DNA of 64,000 nucleotides from Mayamaea pseudoterrestris (Eukaryota), in contig BROI01000006.1 in NCBI GenBank assembly GCA_027923505.1, positions 124,001 through 188,000 on the forward strand, in the 5' to 3' direction. The notes below the pieces were generated by a model, which saw only the letters and a list, made by a program, of their open reading frames with translations, had not been told where the DNA came from and did no database searches. Every line of letters starts with the position of its first letter. The stretch's first letter is position 1. Positions 22,144 to 34,318 of this stretch are shown piece after piece. Both the position numbers and the translations under genes were made by a program.

Positions 22144-23784
22144 ATGACGAAACGGAGCAGTAGCAAGAGTGACAATGACTCGAACGATGGAATGACTCAA
22201 CGGGCCATTCGAGGAACTCTCCTCACCTTTCTGCTGCGAGTCGTGTCCTTTGTCGGCACGCAGTGGACGCTGCGATTCATTGGCGACAATCCTGCCATTC
22301 TCGGTCGAGCGTCCATACAACTCGAACTCTTATTGACGACCATTTTGTTTGTGAGTCGCGAAGGCTTTCGACTGGCCTTGACGACTCGAAACAGAGCGTC
22401 GGAATGTGTTTCTAGCTCGACGGACAGCGTATGGAACGTTGCGTGGCTCTCGATACCAACCTCTCTCGTCGTGTCGCTTGTCGCCTTGTGCTGGCATTGG
22501 ATGTCAACCTCAAGCATTAGCACTAACAATGACGCCGACTATCGACTCGCCGGAGTCTTGTTTTGCGTCAGCTGCATCATTGAAGGATGCGCGGAACCGG
22601 CCGTCCTGCAGTCGCTTTGCAACCTGAACGTTGCCGCCAAGGCGTCGGCGGAAGGTTTGGCGACGCTGGCCAAGGCCATGGCAACGGTTGTGCTGCTGCA
22701 GTACCTTCAAAGCGACTGGCCTGTCACAGCCTTTGGCGTCGCGCAACTAGTATACGCGACAATCTACTTTGTTGTCCTGTGGCAAAGTGCGTGGAAGTCT
22801 ATTGATAGAGCACAAGTATTAGGACCCTACGACAAGCATACATGTTACATGGTTAGCGTCTTTACACTCCAAGGTTTCTTCAAGCATTTGCTGACGGAAG
22901 GAGACAAGCTTGTCTTGACGACACTCAGTGGTGCCTACGACCAAGGCATTTACGCCATGGCCAGTGCCTACGGAAGCTTGGCGGCGCGCATGCTGCTGCA
23001 ACCCATGGAGGAGAATGCTCGACTACTATGGAGTCGACTAGCGTCAACCGTGTCGTCCGAGTCAAACGAGGCAGTTGATCGACTCCAAACGTCATATACT
23101 AATCTGGTCAAGCTTGTCATGTACATTGGTTTCACGTTTAGTTGTTTGGCAGCCAACTACACTGGCATTCTACTTGCTGTCATGGCGGGTCGCAAGTGGG
23201 GCGACAATCGAGAGGCGGCGGCGGTCTTGAGCGCCTTTTGCGTCTACACGGCGTTCATGGCGTGGAATGGCATGACGGAAGCGTTCGTGTACAGCGCAAC
23301 GTCCACAGGTGCCGACATGGGAAAACTTGGTGCAATGCATGCTGGCATTGCAGTGGTGTTTGCGGGTGTTGCATCAATCGCCGTGGCACGACATGGAACC
23401 GTCGGACTAGTTGCTGCCAATTGCGTCGCCATGTTTTGTCGTGCCATTTATTCCGTCGTCTTTGCCGCACGCTTCTTTTCGCGTCGAAAGCAGCAATCGT
23501 TTCGAGGAACATTGTCAAGGTTGTTGCGCGACATGCTTCCGCACGCAGCAGTCCTCTTTTCGTTTGCTGCCTGCTATATAGTAACAGCTTGGTCTAGGAT
23601 GCGCATGATGGATCAGGTTGTCATAGGTGACATAATGACGGCAAGTTCCGCTTGGTTTCGATTGGCAAGTGAGCACATCGTGATTGGTGCCACTTGCTTC
23701 GTGGGCTTGCTGTCGGTAGCCTACGCCGCAGAACGGGATTTCCGACTATCTTTATTAAAGCTATGGAGCGGTAAAAGTGAATAA
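22144..23784 (+). CDS. RFT1: RFT1 (copy B)
   Basis: Intact 546-aa ORF with the same RFT1 motifs. Confidence 0.9.
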   Translation: MTKRSSSKSDNDSNDGMTQRAIRGTLLTFLLRVVSFVGTQWTLRFIGDNPAILGRASIQLELLLTTILFVSREGFRLALTTRNRASECVSSSTDSVWNVAWLSIPTSLVVSLVALCWHWMSTSSISTNNDADYRLAGVLFCVSCIIEGCAEPAVLQSLCNLNVAAKASAEGLATLAKAMATVVLLQYLQSDWPVTAFGVAQLVYATIYFVVLWQSAWKSIDRAQVLGPYDKHTCYMVSVFTLQGFFKHLLTEGDKLVLTTLSGAYDQGIYAMASAYGSLAARMLLQPMEENARLLWSRLASTVSSESNEAVDRLQTSYTNLVKLVMYIGFTFSCLAANYTGILLAVMAGRKWGDNREAAAVLSAFCVYTAFMAWNGMTEAFVYSATSTGADMGKLGAMHAGIAVVFAGVASIAVARHGTVGLVAANCVAMFCRAIYSVVFAARFFSRRKQQSFRGTLSRLLRDMLPHAAVLFSFAACYIVTAWSRMRMMDQVVIGDIMTASSAWFRLASEHIVIGATCFVGLLSVAYAAERDFRLSLLKLWSGKSE

Positions 23785-24013
23785 TAGCTGGACTGATACA
23801 TTTAACCGTTAGCCTACGTATCGGAGGATGTGCGGTGTCGCGACGAAGACCCGTTGTATTAACACAGTCAACGCACTGGACCACATTTTTGTCGCCGACG
23901 ATTTTGGCTTTCTCTTATCTACTTTGGGTGGCGATGCTTAACTCCATTACCAGCGACCAAGAGATTAGCCTATGGAACTGGGATCCGGTAGGGCGGCAGA
24001 ACATTCGTATCAT

Positions 24014-25126
24014 CTACGCACACGCATCCTCGTCAAAGTCACTGCCCTTCAATCCCGCCTTTTCAATTTGCATCACGAGCTTTTTCTTCTTTTCGCGTAG
24101 CATGAACACTGCCAGCTTGAGTCGATCGAACAAGTTGTCAATGTCAAGCGCCTGCACACGAAACATGGCATCTTGTTCCGGCAGAATCTCTGTACAAAAT
24201 GCTGCCCAACCAATGGCTGTTAGTTCCTGAGGGGTCCGGTCGCCTGAATTTTGGTTGGAAAGTTGGTATCCCTGCGTGTCAGTTTCCAAGGCGACTTGGT
24301 AGGCGGTGCGGAATCGCTGAAGGCGATCAGACTCTGCATCGTCAGCCTCATCATCATCGTCTTCATCATCATCTGCAATACTACTTGGTTCGGAGTAGAA
24401 GCGGTCCTCTAGCTTGGCAATATTGATCCGTCGTTGCATTTCTGCATCTTCCTCGTCGTCGTCTTCCTCATCCCCATTTTTTTGCGAGCTTCCCTTCTCG
24501 CCCCTCGCCTGGTCCAGTCTTCGCTCCGAACTAGTCAGCCACAGCGACAACTCTTCAATGTTACTGGCCAGTAAATTCGGCAGATCCATATTGGGTGGAA
24601 GCTTGTCGGAAAGTTCCGTGCAAACCGCTTTCAGGTAAGGTTCCGTCTGCTTGATTTCCAATAGCTGCGCCCGTCCAACGCAACGAATGGTGACAAATAT
24701 ACCGAACCCATCCATGCGCGCGTAACTCTCAATCTCGCAGAGCGGGACCGTCTGAATGATGCCCGCATTGGCCAATAGTCCCATGGCAACAACTCCAGAG
24801 TGGTTTTGTATAGCATCGTCGAAGAGTTGGAGGAAGCGATCTTCGTAGAGCCGCAGCTGCTTGGTTTCGCCCTGCAGCAAGACCTCCTCGTGCGCAAACG
24901 GCAAGAGACAGACTGACTTTGGCAAACCGCCACCTTGCTCCGCGCCCAGGGGACGCGAAATAGCAACGTCAAAGTCCGTGTCGCGCCACTCGGCAATGCC
25001 AAATAAGTGGTGCCGACGAAGCAGTGAGTGTTGTTGATGGTGGCGAGCCTTTCGTCGACCGGCAATGAAGCCGTTGGTACAATCAATGAACGTCAGCGCA
25101 AGTGATATAGCTAGAATGGCCTTCAT
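24014..25126 (-). CDS. LON N-terminal domain protein (copy B)
   Basis: 370-aa ORF nearly identical to 8712-9824. Confidence 0.8.
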   Translation of the reverse strand: MKAILAISLALTFIDCTNGFIAGRRKARHHQQHSLLRRHHLFGIAEWRDTDFDVAISRPLGAEQGGGLPKSVCLLPFAHEEVLLQGETKQLRLYEDRFLQLFDDAIQNHSGVVAMGLLANAGIIQTVPLCEIESYARMDGFGIFVTIRCVGRAQLLEIKQTEPYLKAVCTELSDKLPPNMDLPNLLASNIEELSLWLTSSERRLDQARGEKGSSQKNGDEEDDDEEDAEMQRRINIAKLEDRFYSEPSSIADDDEDDDDEADDAESDRLQRFRTAYQVALETDTQGYQLSNQNSGDRTPQELTAIGWAAFCTEILPEQDAMFRVQALDIDNLFDRLKLAVFMLREKKKKLVMQIEKAGLKGSDFDEDACA

Positions 25127-25376
25127 CTTTTATTCAGTATTCAGACGAAAGGATAGAGTATGACACTATTGATTCTACCCTTTGAAAGACGTGCGTCGCC
25201 GATCGGCTGACAAAGAATTTCGGCATGGCGCGCATCCGGCGCGGCGGGTTTAAGTACCGGTACGAGTGACACCTGATGTGTCAGCGACAGCCATGCAAAA
25301 GATCCGATTCCTTATCCATCACACCCACTTTTCGACCATCTCTTCTTCTACTCGATAAAGGCAATCATTTTTGAGC

Positions 25377-26684
25377 ATGACCTCCACTAGCAATGAGAAT
25401 ACCCTACCCTTACTTGACGTCTTGATGATTGGAACGGGCGAGTACACGACTGGCTGCACAGGCGCATCCGGCGAAGCCTCCCAGAGTGACAAGGGAGCTG
25501 GCGTCGTTGCCTTGACCATGCTGGATTTGCAAAGGAGGGGCAAGATTGGCAAGATCGCCATGGTAGGGGTTAATGGCACAAAGTTTCCAGTCATTCGCAA
25601 GCACATGCAAGCTAACATTGGTAGTGTATACAAGGGATTGGATCCAAGCACTATAGAGACATTTCCAAAGGATGATGAAATCGATCCACAGGCTTACATG
25701 TCAGCCATCAACAGTTACTCAGACAGCAAGCATCGCATCGCCATTATATTCACACCCGACGACACGCACTTTGACATTGGCATGGCTTGCATTCGCGCTG
25801 GCATTCACGTCTTGGTCACCAAACCCATTGTGCAAACGCTCCAGCATCACCAGCTACTGCAGGAGGAAGCACGCAAGTACAACGTGTTGGTTGCCGTCGA
25901 AGTCCACAAGCGATGGGATCCGTTCTACGCCGACGCGCGCGACCGAATTCGATCGTGGCAGGACGACTTTTCCTACATGACGGCCTACATGTCGCAGCCA
26001 AAGTTTCAGTTGCACTCGTTCCGGGCGTGGGCGGGCAAGTCGTCCGACATTAGCTACTACTTGAACTCGCACCACGTGGATTGGTCCGAGTGGACGTTGC
26101 ACGGCAAGGCCAAACCAGTGAGAGTGGTGGCGACGGCATCGAACGGCATTGCGCAAGCCATGGGCTTGCCAACGGAAGATTCCATTACATTGACAGTCAC
26201 GTGGCTGAACTTGCAGTCCAAGCATTGTGGCTGCGCCGTATATACGGCATCATGGGTCGCTCCCAAGAGCGACGTGCACTCGCAGCAGCGCTTCCACTAC
26301 ATGGGCGCGTCGGGCGAAGTTGTCATTGACCAGGCGCACCGCGGCTGCACCATGAGCACGGACGAAGGTGGTTTCGCCTCGATTAATCCATGTTTCATGA
26401 AGTACACGCCCAATCATGACGGCGAGTTTGCCGGACAAGCGAGCTACGGTTACAAGAGTTTTGATGTGTTTGTTGATGCGGTGCGCGAGATTCAAGCCTC
26501 TCGAAAGCAACCGAGTGACTTTGACAATGGCGGATTGGCGACGGTGCATACCACGTTGCAGGGCACGGCGATACTGGAAGCCGGTCGCAAGAGTTTGGAT
26601 GCCGACTCGAGGCCCATGGATATCTTGTATGACAGTCATGAGAGCCTTATTCCTGTTGACATCAAGGCTCATGAATTCAAGTAG
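25377..26684 (+). CDS. GaaA-like Gfo/Idh/MocA oxidoreductase (copy B)
   Basis: Intact counterpart of 10075-11382. Confidence 0.85.
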   Translation: MTSTSNENTLPLLDVLMIGTGEYTTGCTGASGEASQSDKGAGVVALTMLDLQRRGKIGKIAMVGVNGTKFPVIRKHMQANIGSVYKGLDPSTIETFPKDDEIDPQAYMSAINSYSDSKHRIAIIFTPDDTHFDIGMACIRAGIHVLVTKPIVQTLQHHQLLQEEARKYNVLVAVEVHKRWDPFYADARDRIRSWQDDFSYMTAYMSQPKFQLHSFRAWAGKSSDISYYLNSHHVDWSEWTLHGKAKPVRVVATASNGIAQAMGLPTEDSITLTVTWLNLQSKHCGCAVYTASWVAPKSDVHSQQRFHYMGASGEVVIDQAHRGCTMSTDEGGFASINPCFMKYTPNHDGEFAGQASYGYKSFDVFVDAVREIQASRKQPSDFDNGGLATVHTTLQGTAILEAGRKSLDADSRPMDILYDSHESLIPVDIKAHEFK

Positions 26685-27044
26685 AAACGGTACATAGGTA
26701 CATATGAAGGTTTCAAAAGTTATGGGCTCGATATTAATGTATCGAATTAGGCTGTATGTTACAATGTTGTCTCGGGTTGGACGGACAATGCGACTCTAAT
26801 TCGCATTTAATTTCCAATTGCTGCTGGTATCAATATAATATTTACTGCACATGGTCTCGTTGCGAAAGAGCTGCTTTGCTCGTGCAATGGGGACGACGTT
26901 TCGAAACCGATGTGACAAGTTTGAATTAGTGCGACATGCTCGCGCGATCCACGCGCAGCGATCACCGTTGCTCTCTGCTCACAGGCAGACTGTCATATTT
27001 GTATACAAGGCATTGTCAATTAGAATGTACAACAGGGATTAGCA

Positions 27045-28994
27045 ATGGGTTCTCTAGTTGCAGCAATCTTCTTGCTCTCTGCATTCGCAAATATTGCGTC
27101 AGGATTCCTACAGCCGGCGCGGCATGCGAGAACTCCGTCCCTGCCGTTTGACCAGAGACTCGACCATGATTCGCAAGCAATTCTCACGGCTACTGGAAGT
27201 CGATTCTCCTCGCAACTGAAACGAAGGAAAACATCTCTCCATATTTCTGATCCTTCTCTACTACTCATGTCGAATAGTGTACAGAAAACATCACAATTTT
27301 TGGTCCGCATTGTCTTTCTGCGCGCCATGGCGTTTGTGCACCTTGTTGCCTTTTTGGTCGCACTGCATCAAAACAAGGCACTCATTGGCGACGACGGAAT
27401 CACTCCGGCCAAAAATGTGCTGAACGCGGCCGGATTGCGTGGCAAATTGATCAAGGAGCATCGAAAGCACAGGGACGACGATGCCCGAGGGACGCCAGAG
27501 CAACAACCTGCTGCCACTGAAATGTCCAAATCGTCCAAACGGAGTTCACTTTCGCGATTCATACACAACAATCCAAAACTCTCTCGACTTCAACACAAAT
27601 TTGCAAAGTTACGCGAATTGTTGTGGGATCGATGCGACGCCATGCATCGACCAGTGATTACGCTCCTATGGCTCGCCAAGGATCGCAACAAGCTTAATCC
27701 TTGGCTGGATGGAATTGCTATTGCAGGCTTGTCCATGTCCGCTCTCATATTGCTTCTCGGATCGGCCAATGTACCCCTCGTCTTTGGGCTGTGGCTCTGT
27801 CAAAGATCGCTCATGTCGGTTGGAGGTCCATTCTATGGGTTTGGCTGGGAGCCACAGCTCAATGAACTGTCGTTCCACGCACTCCTTCTCGTGCCGCTAC
27901 TGTCGCTGCAGCAAATACCACACTTACCAGTCTCGCCCATTATAGCATGGACCTTTCGCTGGATGCTGTTTCGCATCATGATGGGTGCCGGCTTGATCAA
28001 GTTTCGATCGGGCGACACCAAGTGGAAGGACGGAACGGCCATGCAATATTTTTACGAAACGCAACCCGTCCCCAATCCACTGTCCCGGTACTTTCATTGG
28101 ATGCCCAAGCCGTGGCACACGTTTGAAGTGTGGGCGAACCATTTTGTTGAAGTTTTGGCGCCGTGGCTTTTGATCATTCCGGGCTTGCCTCTGTTTTGGC
28201 GACGTGCGGCTGGACTCATCCAAATCAATTTTCAAGCCATTTTGATTCTGAGCGGCAATTTGAGTTTCCTCAACTGGCTGACCATGGTGCCGGCAATCAT
28301 GTGTTTGGATGATGGTTTTGTCGGAGGCTTGTTTTCGGCGTCGACGCGTACCAGAGCCATGGGAGCGGCATGGACCTATTCTACAACCACAATGCGGCAA
28401 CTAATTAATGTTGGCTTTCTCGGATTGGTCGCATGGTTGAGCATACCCGTGGTCAAGAACCTTCTTTCCGAGAAGCAAATAATGAATTTTTCGTTCGATC
28501 CACTGCGACTGATCAATACGTACGGTGCTTTTGGAACTGTCAGCGAAGAAAGGGAAGAGTTCATTATCTCGGCAGCACCTGATTTTGACGGTCCTTGGAA
28601 AGAATACGAATTTAAAGTGAAGCCAGGAGACGTCAATAAACATCCACGATGGATTTCGCCGTATCATTATCGCTTGGATTGGCAGCTATGGATCGCTTCC
28701 GCATGCCGATCCCTGGACCGTAGCCCGTGGTTGCTCTCGCTATTGCTGAAACTGCTTCAGCGAAATGAGGCTGTCTTAGACCTACTTGACGGCGATCCAT
28801 GGAAAGGATACGCAGAAAAACCAAAGTATATTCGGGTTGACCGCTACCGGTACAAGTTTCACAAGCCGACGAGCCGAAACGACCCGGTTTACTGGGACAG
28901 GGAATACGTAGGGCGAGTCTATCCAAGGCAAGGGCTTGCAACCCAAGAGGGAATTAAAGACGACATTAGGCGTCTAAGGCTACTTTATGGCTAG
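27045..28994 (+). CDS. LMF family protein (copy B)
   Basis: Intact 649-aa ORF with the same motifs. Confidence 0.9.
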   Translation: MGSLVAAIFLLSAFANIASGFLQPARHARTPSLPFDQRLDHDSQAILTATGSRFSSQLKRRKTSLHISDPSLLLMSNSVQKTSQFLVRIVFLRAMAFVHLVAFLVALHQNKALIGDDGITPAKNVLNAAGLRGKLIKEHRKHRDDDARGTPEQQPAATEMSKSSKRSSLSRFIHNNPKLSRLQHKFAKLRELLWDRCDAMHRPVITLLWLAKDRNKLNPWLDGIAIAGLSMSALILLLGSANVPLVFGLWLCQRSLMSVGGPFYGFGWEPQLNELSFHALLLVPLLSLQQIPHLPVSPIIAWTFRWMLFRIMMGAGLIKFRSGDTKWKDGTAMQYFYETQPVPNPLSRYFHWMPKPWHTFEVWANHFVEVLAPWLLIIPGLPLFWRRAAGLIQINFQAILILSGNLSFLNWLTMVPAIMCLDDGFVGGLFSASTRTRAMGAAWTYSTTTMRQLINVGFLGLVAWLSIPVVKNLLSEKQIMNFSFDPLRLINTYGAFGTVSEEREEFIISAAPDFDGPWKEYEFKVKPGDVNKHPRWISPYHYRLDWQLWIASACRSLDRSPWLLSLLLKLLQRNEAVLDLLDGDPWKGYAEKPKYIRVDRYRYKFHKPTSRNDPVYWDREYVGRVYPRQGLATQEGIKDDIRRLRLLYG

Positions 28995-29062
28995 CACAGT
29001 TGCAAATTGATAGACTTGTGTAAGAGTTAAATTGTTATTGTAACAGGCAAAGTGACGAACAT

Positions 29063-29824
29063 CTACACAGAGGTCAGCTCAAGCTTGGTTCCCATGCCCA
29101 TGTCCATACCATCATATTGTGCCACGGCCTTTTTAGCATCCTCAATGTCTTCATACGTAACCTTTCCTCGTAGCACTGGAAAGTCATCATCCTCCTTGCA
29201 CTCAAACTCAGTCACAGATCCAAGCGACTCTAGGGTCATTTTGCAAGCTGCTTCACCCATATTTGCGGGAAACCCTGAAAATGATAGTGTTGGCGACTTG
29301 ACTGGAGGAGGAGCTGTCATTGCTGCTTCAGTTTGTCGAATCAGTGCCTTGTAGTCCTTGCCGTAACGTTGCAATGCAAGCTCCTTGTTGTTAATGTATT
29401 CTGCGACAACATTCTGTGCATTGTGATCATCCTTATCCTTTAGTGTCTGGTAAAACTCTTTAAATGCAGGCTTGGTCCACATTGCCTCCTCAAACTTGGA
29501 GGAAAACTTGTCTGGCCTCTTCATCTTTGCCGCCGTGCCCTTCAATTGACCGCTCATTCGAAGACGAGCCTCTACGAGCATGAGCTTCACGTCCATCTCA
29601 TTCATGGATGCTGGCACACGAATGCCTTGTTGCTGCAACTCTTCCTCCACGTCGTCGAACTCCATTGGCTGAACCTTGGCAAATTCTTCAGCCACGACAG
29701 GATCATTGTAGTCAATCGCCATGCGCAGTGGCTGCGTCGTCCTTCCAGCCGAAGGTGCGACGAAGAATGCATTCGCTACGGAAACAAGCGCCAGCAGGAG
29801 AACTGCGCAACGGATTTGAGCCAT
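29063..29824 (-). CDS. Plastid-targeted RRM-like protein (copy B)
   Basis: Counterpart of 13772-14533; mature region almost identical. Confidence 0.75.
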   Translation of the reverse strand: MAQIRCAVLLLALVSVANAFFVAPSAGRTTQPLRMAIDYNDPVVAEEFAKVQPMEFDDVEEELQQQGIRVPASMNEMDVKLMLVEARLRMSGQLKGTAAKMKRPDKFSSKFEEAMWTKPAFKEFYQTLKDKDDHNAQNVVAEYINNKELALQRYGKDYKALIRQTEAAMTAPPPVKSPTLSFSGFPANMGEAACKMTLESLGSVTEFECKEDDDFPVLRGKVTYEDIEDAKKAVAQYDGMDMGMGTKLELTSV

Positions 29825-30826
29825 TTTTGTGTCTAAAGAGTGATAATAGAAGATACTTGTCTTTGAAAATGATCCGCCATCACCTTCGTCGGATGGTGGA
29901 TGTTGCTGCGCTAGAGCTGACGCACGGTCGCGGTTGCCACTTGGAAGAGGGCGCGCGGGCGCGGTGCCCGCGACGGTTTCAGCTTCCGGGTGACAGGGAT
30001 CGCGGTTCGTCTTTTTGAAAACGGATCGTTCCAATTATGCTTTGACATTTTTCCGGGAAAGGCTTATATCGAACGCACGTCGAACAGACCGGAAGATATC
30101 CTTTCTTTCGTTTGAAGTCTACGAGCGTTTCCTACCAAGTGTCTCGTAGGGAAGTCTCGGAAATCACAAGTCGCCTCGATCACTTTTTTGGGCACACAAT
30201 TTGCTCCAACTTCCCGAGAAGTACGATTTTGTTTGCCAGTGAGCGACTTCTTGTTATACAAACGTAAGTTTCCGACCCTTCATGACTGTTGGACCCACGT
30301 TGTTGTGATTATAAGTTGAAAGAGTGTTGTTATATCTTTGCTTGGCGACAGCATCAGCGAGATTCCACCTCTAGAGCTTGGATGGGGTGGAAAAAGATGG
30401 ATTTCTTCGCCGGAAGTGTTTAGCTGACATCAACACTTTGTGTCATGACTATCATGATGATTTTGGAGACGGTGGATCAGTTGTTGCCGTGTGGGAGTGT
30501 TAAAACTTTGACTTTTTCCACTTGGTCGTCCGTCCTCGAGACCCGTCGTTCCATCGGGTTGTTTGTTGACTGCATGGTGGCACTGCTCGCTTGGTTCGCT
30601 CGTGCAGCCGAAGCGGACGCGAGCTGCCTTGCCCGGCCGGCGTCCAACCACGTACTTTTCACGACGCGTCGGTTGAGCCTTTGATTGGTGGTTGCGAACA
30701 CATGCCCCCGTCGCCCCTACTGTAATGTTTTTGAGTCTTGGATGCGCAGCTTGGTTCGTGTGCTTGTCACGTTAGCTAACTTTCGCTTTCTCCCATTAGA
30801 CTCAGACAAACCAAGTATCTATAAAC

Positions 30827-31615
30827 ATGTCTGACTTTGAAGACTTTGAGGAAGGTGCCTTTGACGGTGGCTTTGATGACGCATCTGACGATGATGTTGA
30901 GGACTTTGCTCCCGATGAAGCTGGATGGGAGGGTGATCCTGTGGCAGCGGATCCTGAAGATGACGACGAGGACGATGATGACGAGGATGCCGGTGAAGAA
31001 GATCTTGGTAAGTTGTGAGACTTTGGAATAACCTGCCATGTAGTCTACCGTTTGCTTTGCTAATATGTCATGCGTCATCTTTATTAGGTGACGAGGATAC
31101 CGACGAAGAGGAGGCAAACGATGACGATGCTGCTGCTGGTGACGATGTGAGTCATTTTGGCATGCTATAATGCTAGCTGATGACATAATAAGTATTCTCA
31201 CATATTATGTTTGATATCTTTACAGGATCAGGGAGATGACGACAATGAAGGTGGCGATGATGATGAGGATGACGACGATGAACAAGTCGGCGAGGACGAT
31301 GAAGACGAGGTATGCTTGACGCTCGCGGTGTTTTTGTTCTCGCTTTGGATACTTTGACTAACATTTCAAGTCTTACCTCTTTTGCCAATTTAGGAGGACC
31401 CTGCCACAAGCACGCGAGCTCTCGTCGAAGGACCTGTCCAGTCGGACGATGAAGATGAGGAAGACTACGAGGACAAGGGCGGCGACGATGACGAGGAAGA
31501 AGTTGACGATGAAGACGAAGATGAGGAAGCGCCTGATGAGGAGGGAGATGACGACGATGACGAGGAAGGTGGCGATGATGATGACAAGCCGGCCAAGAAG
31601 CAACGGACTGGATGA
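30827..31615 (+). CDS. Highly acidic 4-exon protein ending KPAKKQRTG (copy B)
   Basis: Same exon structure and splice sites as 15537-16326. Confidence 0.8.
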
Positions 31616-31674
31616 GGTCTTGTGATTGATGTATGCAGTAGATAAGGTTATATATCTATGTAAAATATCGCCCT

Positions 31675-32397
31675 CTATGAAGCTTTGACCTCGTTGCCAG
31701 TTGTAGTCTTGTAAATGCGCATTTCTTGTTCGTCGTAGACAATGGAAGCGTCAAGGCGTAAGTCAGCTTGTGTAGACATGTCTTCTGCATCTTGAAGCGG
31801 CAGCGCAAAGCGATAAGACAATATTGTAGTCTCTGGAAGACATTCTTTTGCTAGCTTGAGACTTATTCGTTTCATCAAAGGTTTGACACCAAAGATCATG
31901 ACTGTATCGGCATGGGACAGATTGTATGTAAAAAAGTCGCGACAATAGAATTCGGATCGTGTTCGTTCACGAGACGACCAGAGAAACAGCCGTCGAAATT
32001 GCGAAATCAAGTAGAGAGTTGTGTTCAATTCAATGCCAATCGCGCGGTCATATCCAGCCAGTAATGCTTGTCGAACTGCTTCGCCGTCACCACTGCCAAG
32101 ATCGACAAAGACCAATGGTTGTTGATTGCTTATAGTTGTTTGCGGCGCGGAAGCTAAACTTTGATGGCTTCCTAGTCCACGACGCTGTCGATGTATCGAC
32201 ATGGAATATTCCAATGCATGTCGAAGCTTGTGCTTCGGTGTCCCCATGTACGGAAGCGGACTCTTGGAGACGACGAATGGTGCCATGAGTGCCATCGATC
32301 CAATCATGATGCTTCCAGCCACTATTCCGGCTCGAAGCTGGCGCTGTCTTCGCAAGGCAAGGTCAGCAGCACTTTCTATATACAAGTTATCAGTCAT
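31675..32397 (-). CDS. FAM173-like methyltransferase (copy B)
   Basis: 240-aa ORF with VDLGSGDG and GIELN. Confidence 0.8.
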   Translation of the reverse strand: MTDNLYIESAADLALRRQRQLRAGIVAGSIMIGSMALMAPFVVSKSPLPYMGTPKHKLRHALEYSMSIHRQRRGLGSHQSLASAPQTTISNQQPLVFVDLGSGDGEAVRQALLAGYDRAIGIELNTTLYLISQFRRLFLWSSRERTRSEFYCRDFFTYNLSHADTVMIFGVKPLMKRISLKLAKECLPETTILSYRFALPLQDAEDMSTQADLRLDASIVYDEQEMRIYKTTTGNEVKAS

Positions 32398-32641
32398 ATG
32401 TAATATATGAAGTAAACGATTGCTTTAGCGCGCCTTTTTCGACCAAAACAGAGCATCTATTTGTAAGTGAAATCGGACGAAAGCGAAAAGGCGACGTTAT
32501 CTCTGTGCGACATCTACACCGCTGCGACACGTCATCACCCATTCGTTGGCACCTCGCCTTTTGTGCACGATCACCATGACAATTTAGCCGCTCAAACTAT
32601 CCTAGTTGTACTATCTTGCTACTTGACATTTATAACAAAAA

Positions 32642-34318
32642 ATGGCCGACTGTGGCGCAACTGGATCAACGCTCGATCGAGCCGCTCGTGCTCTCTTTGG
32701 GGCAAACGATGCCAAGGCTGCTGCTTCGCTCATGGGGCATGCCGTTGCAGCGTTAGGAGGAGGAGCATCGCAGCAGCAAATGCCGCTTCTCGTGGCGACT
32801 CCAGACACTATTATGCTTCCGCAGACGCAGAGTCAGCAAACGATGAAGCAGCAGCAGCATCATCTGAAAACGCCCGAGCCTGTGCATTCTTTGGAACAAC
32901 AGCAATCACCTTTACAATATCAATCGTTGCAGCAGCATCAGCATACGCAACAGCATCAATTTTATAACCCTCATCAGCAGCCACAACAGGCTCCTCAGTT
33001 CCAGCAGCAGCATGCCCATTTACAAATGATGCAGCAGCAACAGCAGTTTATGATGATGCAGCAGCAACAGCTGCAGTTACAGCTCATGGCGCAACAGCAA
33101 CATCATCATTTGCAGCAGCAGCAGAATCTATCACGCGTGACTCATGAGCAAAAGCATGATGCAGAGTACCATGACGGAGTCGTCCAAGGTGCAACCATTC
33201 AGGAGCTCTCGGCTGCCTGGGCTGAAACTGTTGACGACATTCAGCAAGAACAAGATTTTTACGACGGAAACGTGCAAGGAGCAACGATTGAGGAGCTTTC
33301 CGCGGCATGGGCCGAGGCGCAAGCCGACTATGAGGAGCTGGAAGCGGCCGTCAATCTCGCCAGTGGCTATCAAGAAGAGGAGCACGTGACTCCCGAGTAC
33401 GAGTTTCTCAACCCATTGGCAGATGTTACAGATGCAACCGAAACTCCAGAAGCACCATCAACTGACTGGATGGAGCAAGGCATGCGCCACTTTGCGCAAG
33501 GCGAGCTGCAGGAAGCTGTACGCGACTTTGAAACGGAGCTGCAGCAACATAACATGGACAACGCCACAGCTTGGCGTATGCTTGGTAGATGCCACGCTGA
33601 AAATGATCAGGATCGCATGGCGATTGTTTGTTTGGAGCAAGCAGTTGACCGTGATCCGTACAATCAGGAAGCAAGATTAGCCTTGGGAGTGAGTTACGTC
33701 AATGAGCTCAACCATGCCAAGGCGCTGGAACATTTAAAGGCATGGATCACACATAATCCAAAGTATTCGCAACTCGACATTGGAGAAGACTTGTACGGAG
33801 CTGGCTCTGCCGACAATACCTTTGTAAGCGAACCTGGGTTTGACGAAGTCCAGCGCCTCTTGCTATCGGCACTAGAGTTTGATGCGAGCGATGCAGCCGA
33901 TGTGCTTGGCGCGCTCGGTGTCGTTTACAATGTCAGTCGAGACTATGATGCTGCTATTGATGCGTTCAAACGAGCCATTGCCATTAATGGAGACGATTAC
34001 CAGCTATACAATCGGCTTGGAGCAACATTGGCCAATTGCAGCAAAAGTGAGGATGCCCTTCCAGCCTACAAGCGAGCCATTGAGCTGAAACCAAAGTTTA
34101 CAAGAGCCTGGCTAAACATGGCCATTTCTCATGCGAATCTACAAAATTTTGGTGAGGCATCCCGGTGTTACTTGCAAACGTTGAGTCTGAATCCAGCTGC
34201 GACGCACTGTTGGAGCTATTTGCGAGTAGCGCTCTCGTCGGGACATTACTGGGAACTGCTACCATACGCTGCGGCGATGGATCTTGACTCGTTTCATGCG
34301 CACTTTGATTTTATATAG
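32642..34318 (+). CDS. PEX5: Peroxisomal PTS1 receptor PEX5 (intact, copy B)
   Basis: N-terminal Cys (MADC), Q-rich region, then TPRs with AWRMLGRCHAENDQD, LALGVSYVNE and LYNRLGATLAN. Confidence 0.9.
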   Translation: MADCGATGSTLDRAARALFGANDAKAAASLMGHAVAALGGGASQQQMPLLVATPDTIMLPQTQSQQTMKQQQHHLKTPEPVHSLEQQQSPLQYQSLQQHQHTQQHQFYNPHQQPQQAPQFQQQHAHLQMMQQQQQFMMMQQQQLQLQLMAQQQHHHLQQQQNLSRVTHEQKHDAEYHDGVVQGATIQELSAAWAETVDDIQQEQDFYDGNVQGATIEELSAAWAEAQADYEELEAAVNLASGYQEEEHVTPEYEFLNPLADVTDATETPEAPSTDWMEQGMRHFAQGELQEAVRDFETELQQHNMDNATAWRMLGRCHAENDQDRMAIVCLEQAVDRDPYNQEARLALGVSYVNELNHAKALEHLKAWITHNPKYSQLDIGEDLYGAGSADNTFVSEPGFDEVQRLLLSALEFDASDAADVLGALGVVYNVSRDYDAAIDAFKRAIAINGDDYQLYNRLGATLANCSKSEDALPAYKRAIELKPKFTRAWLNMAISHANLQNFGEASRCYLQTLSLNPAATHCWSYLRVALSSGHYWELLPYAAAMDLDSFHAHFDFI

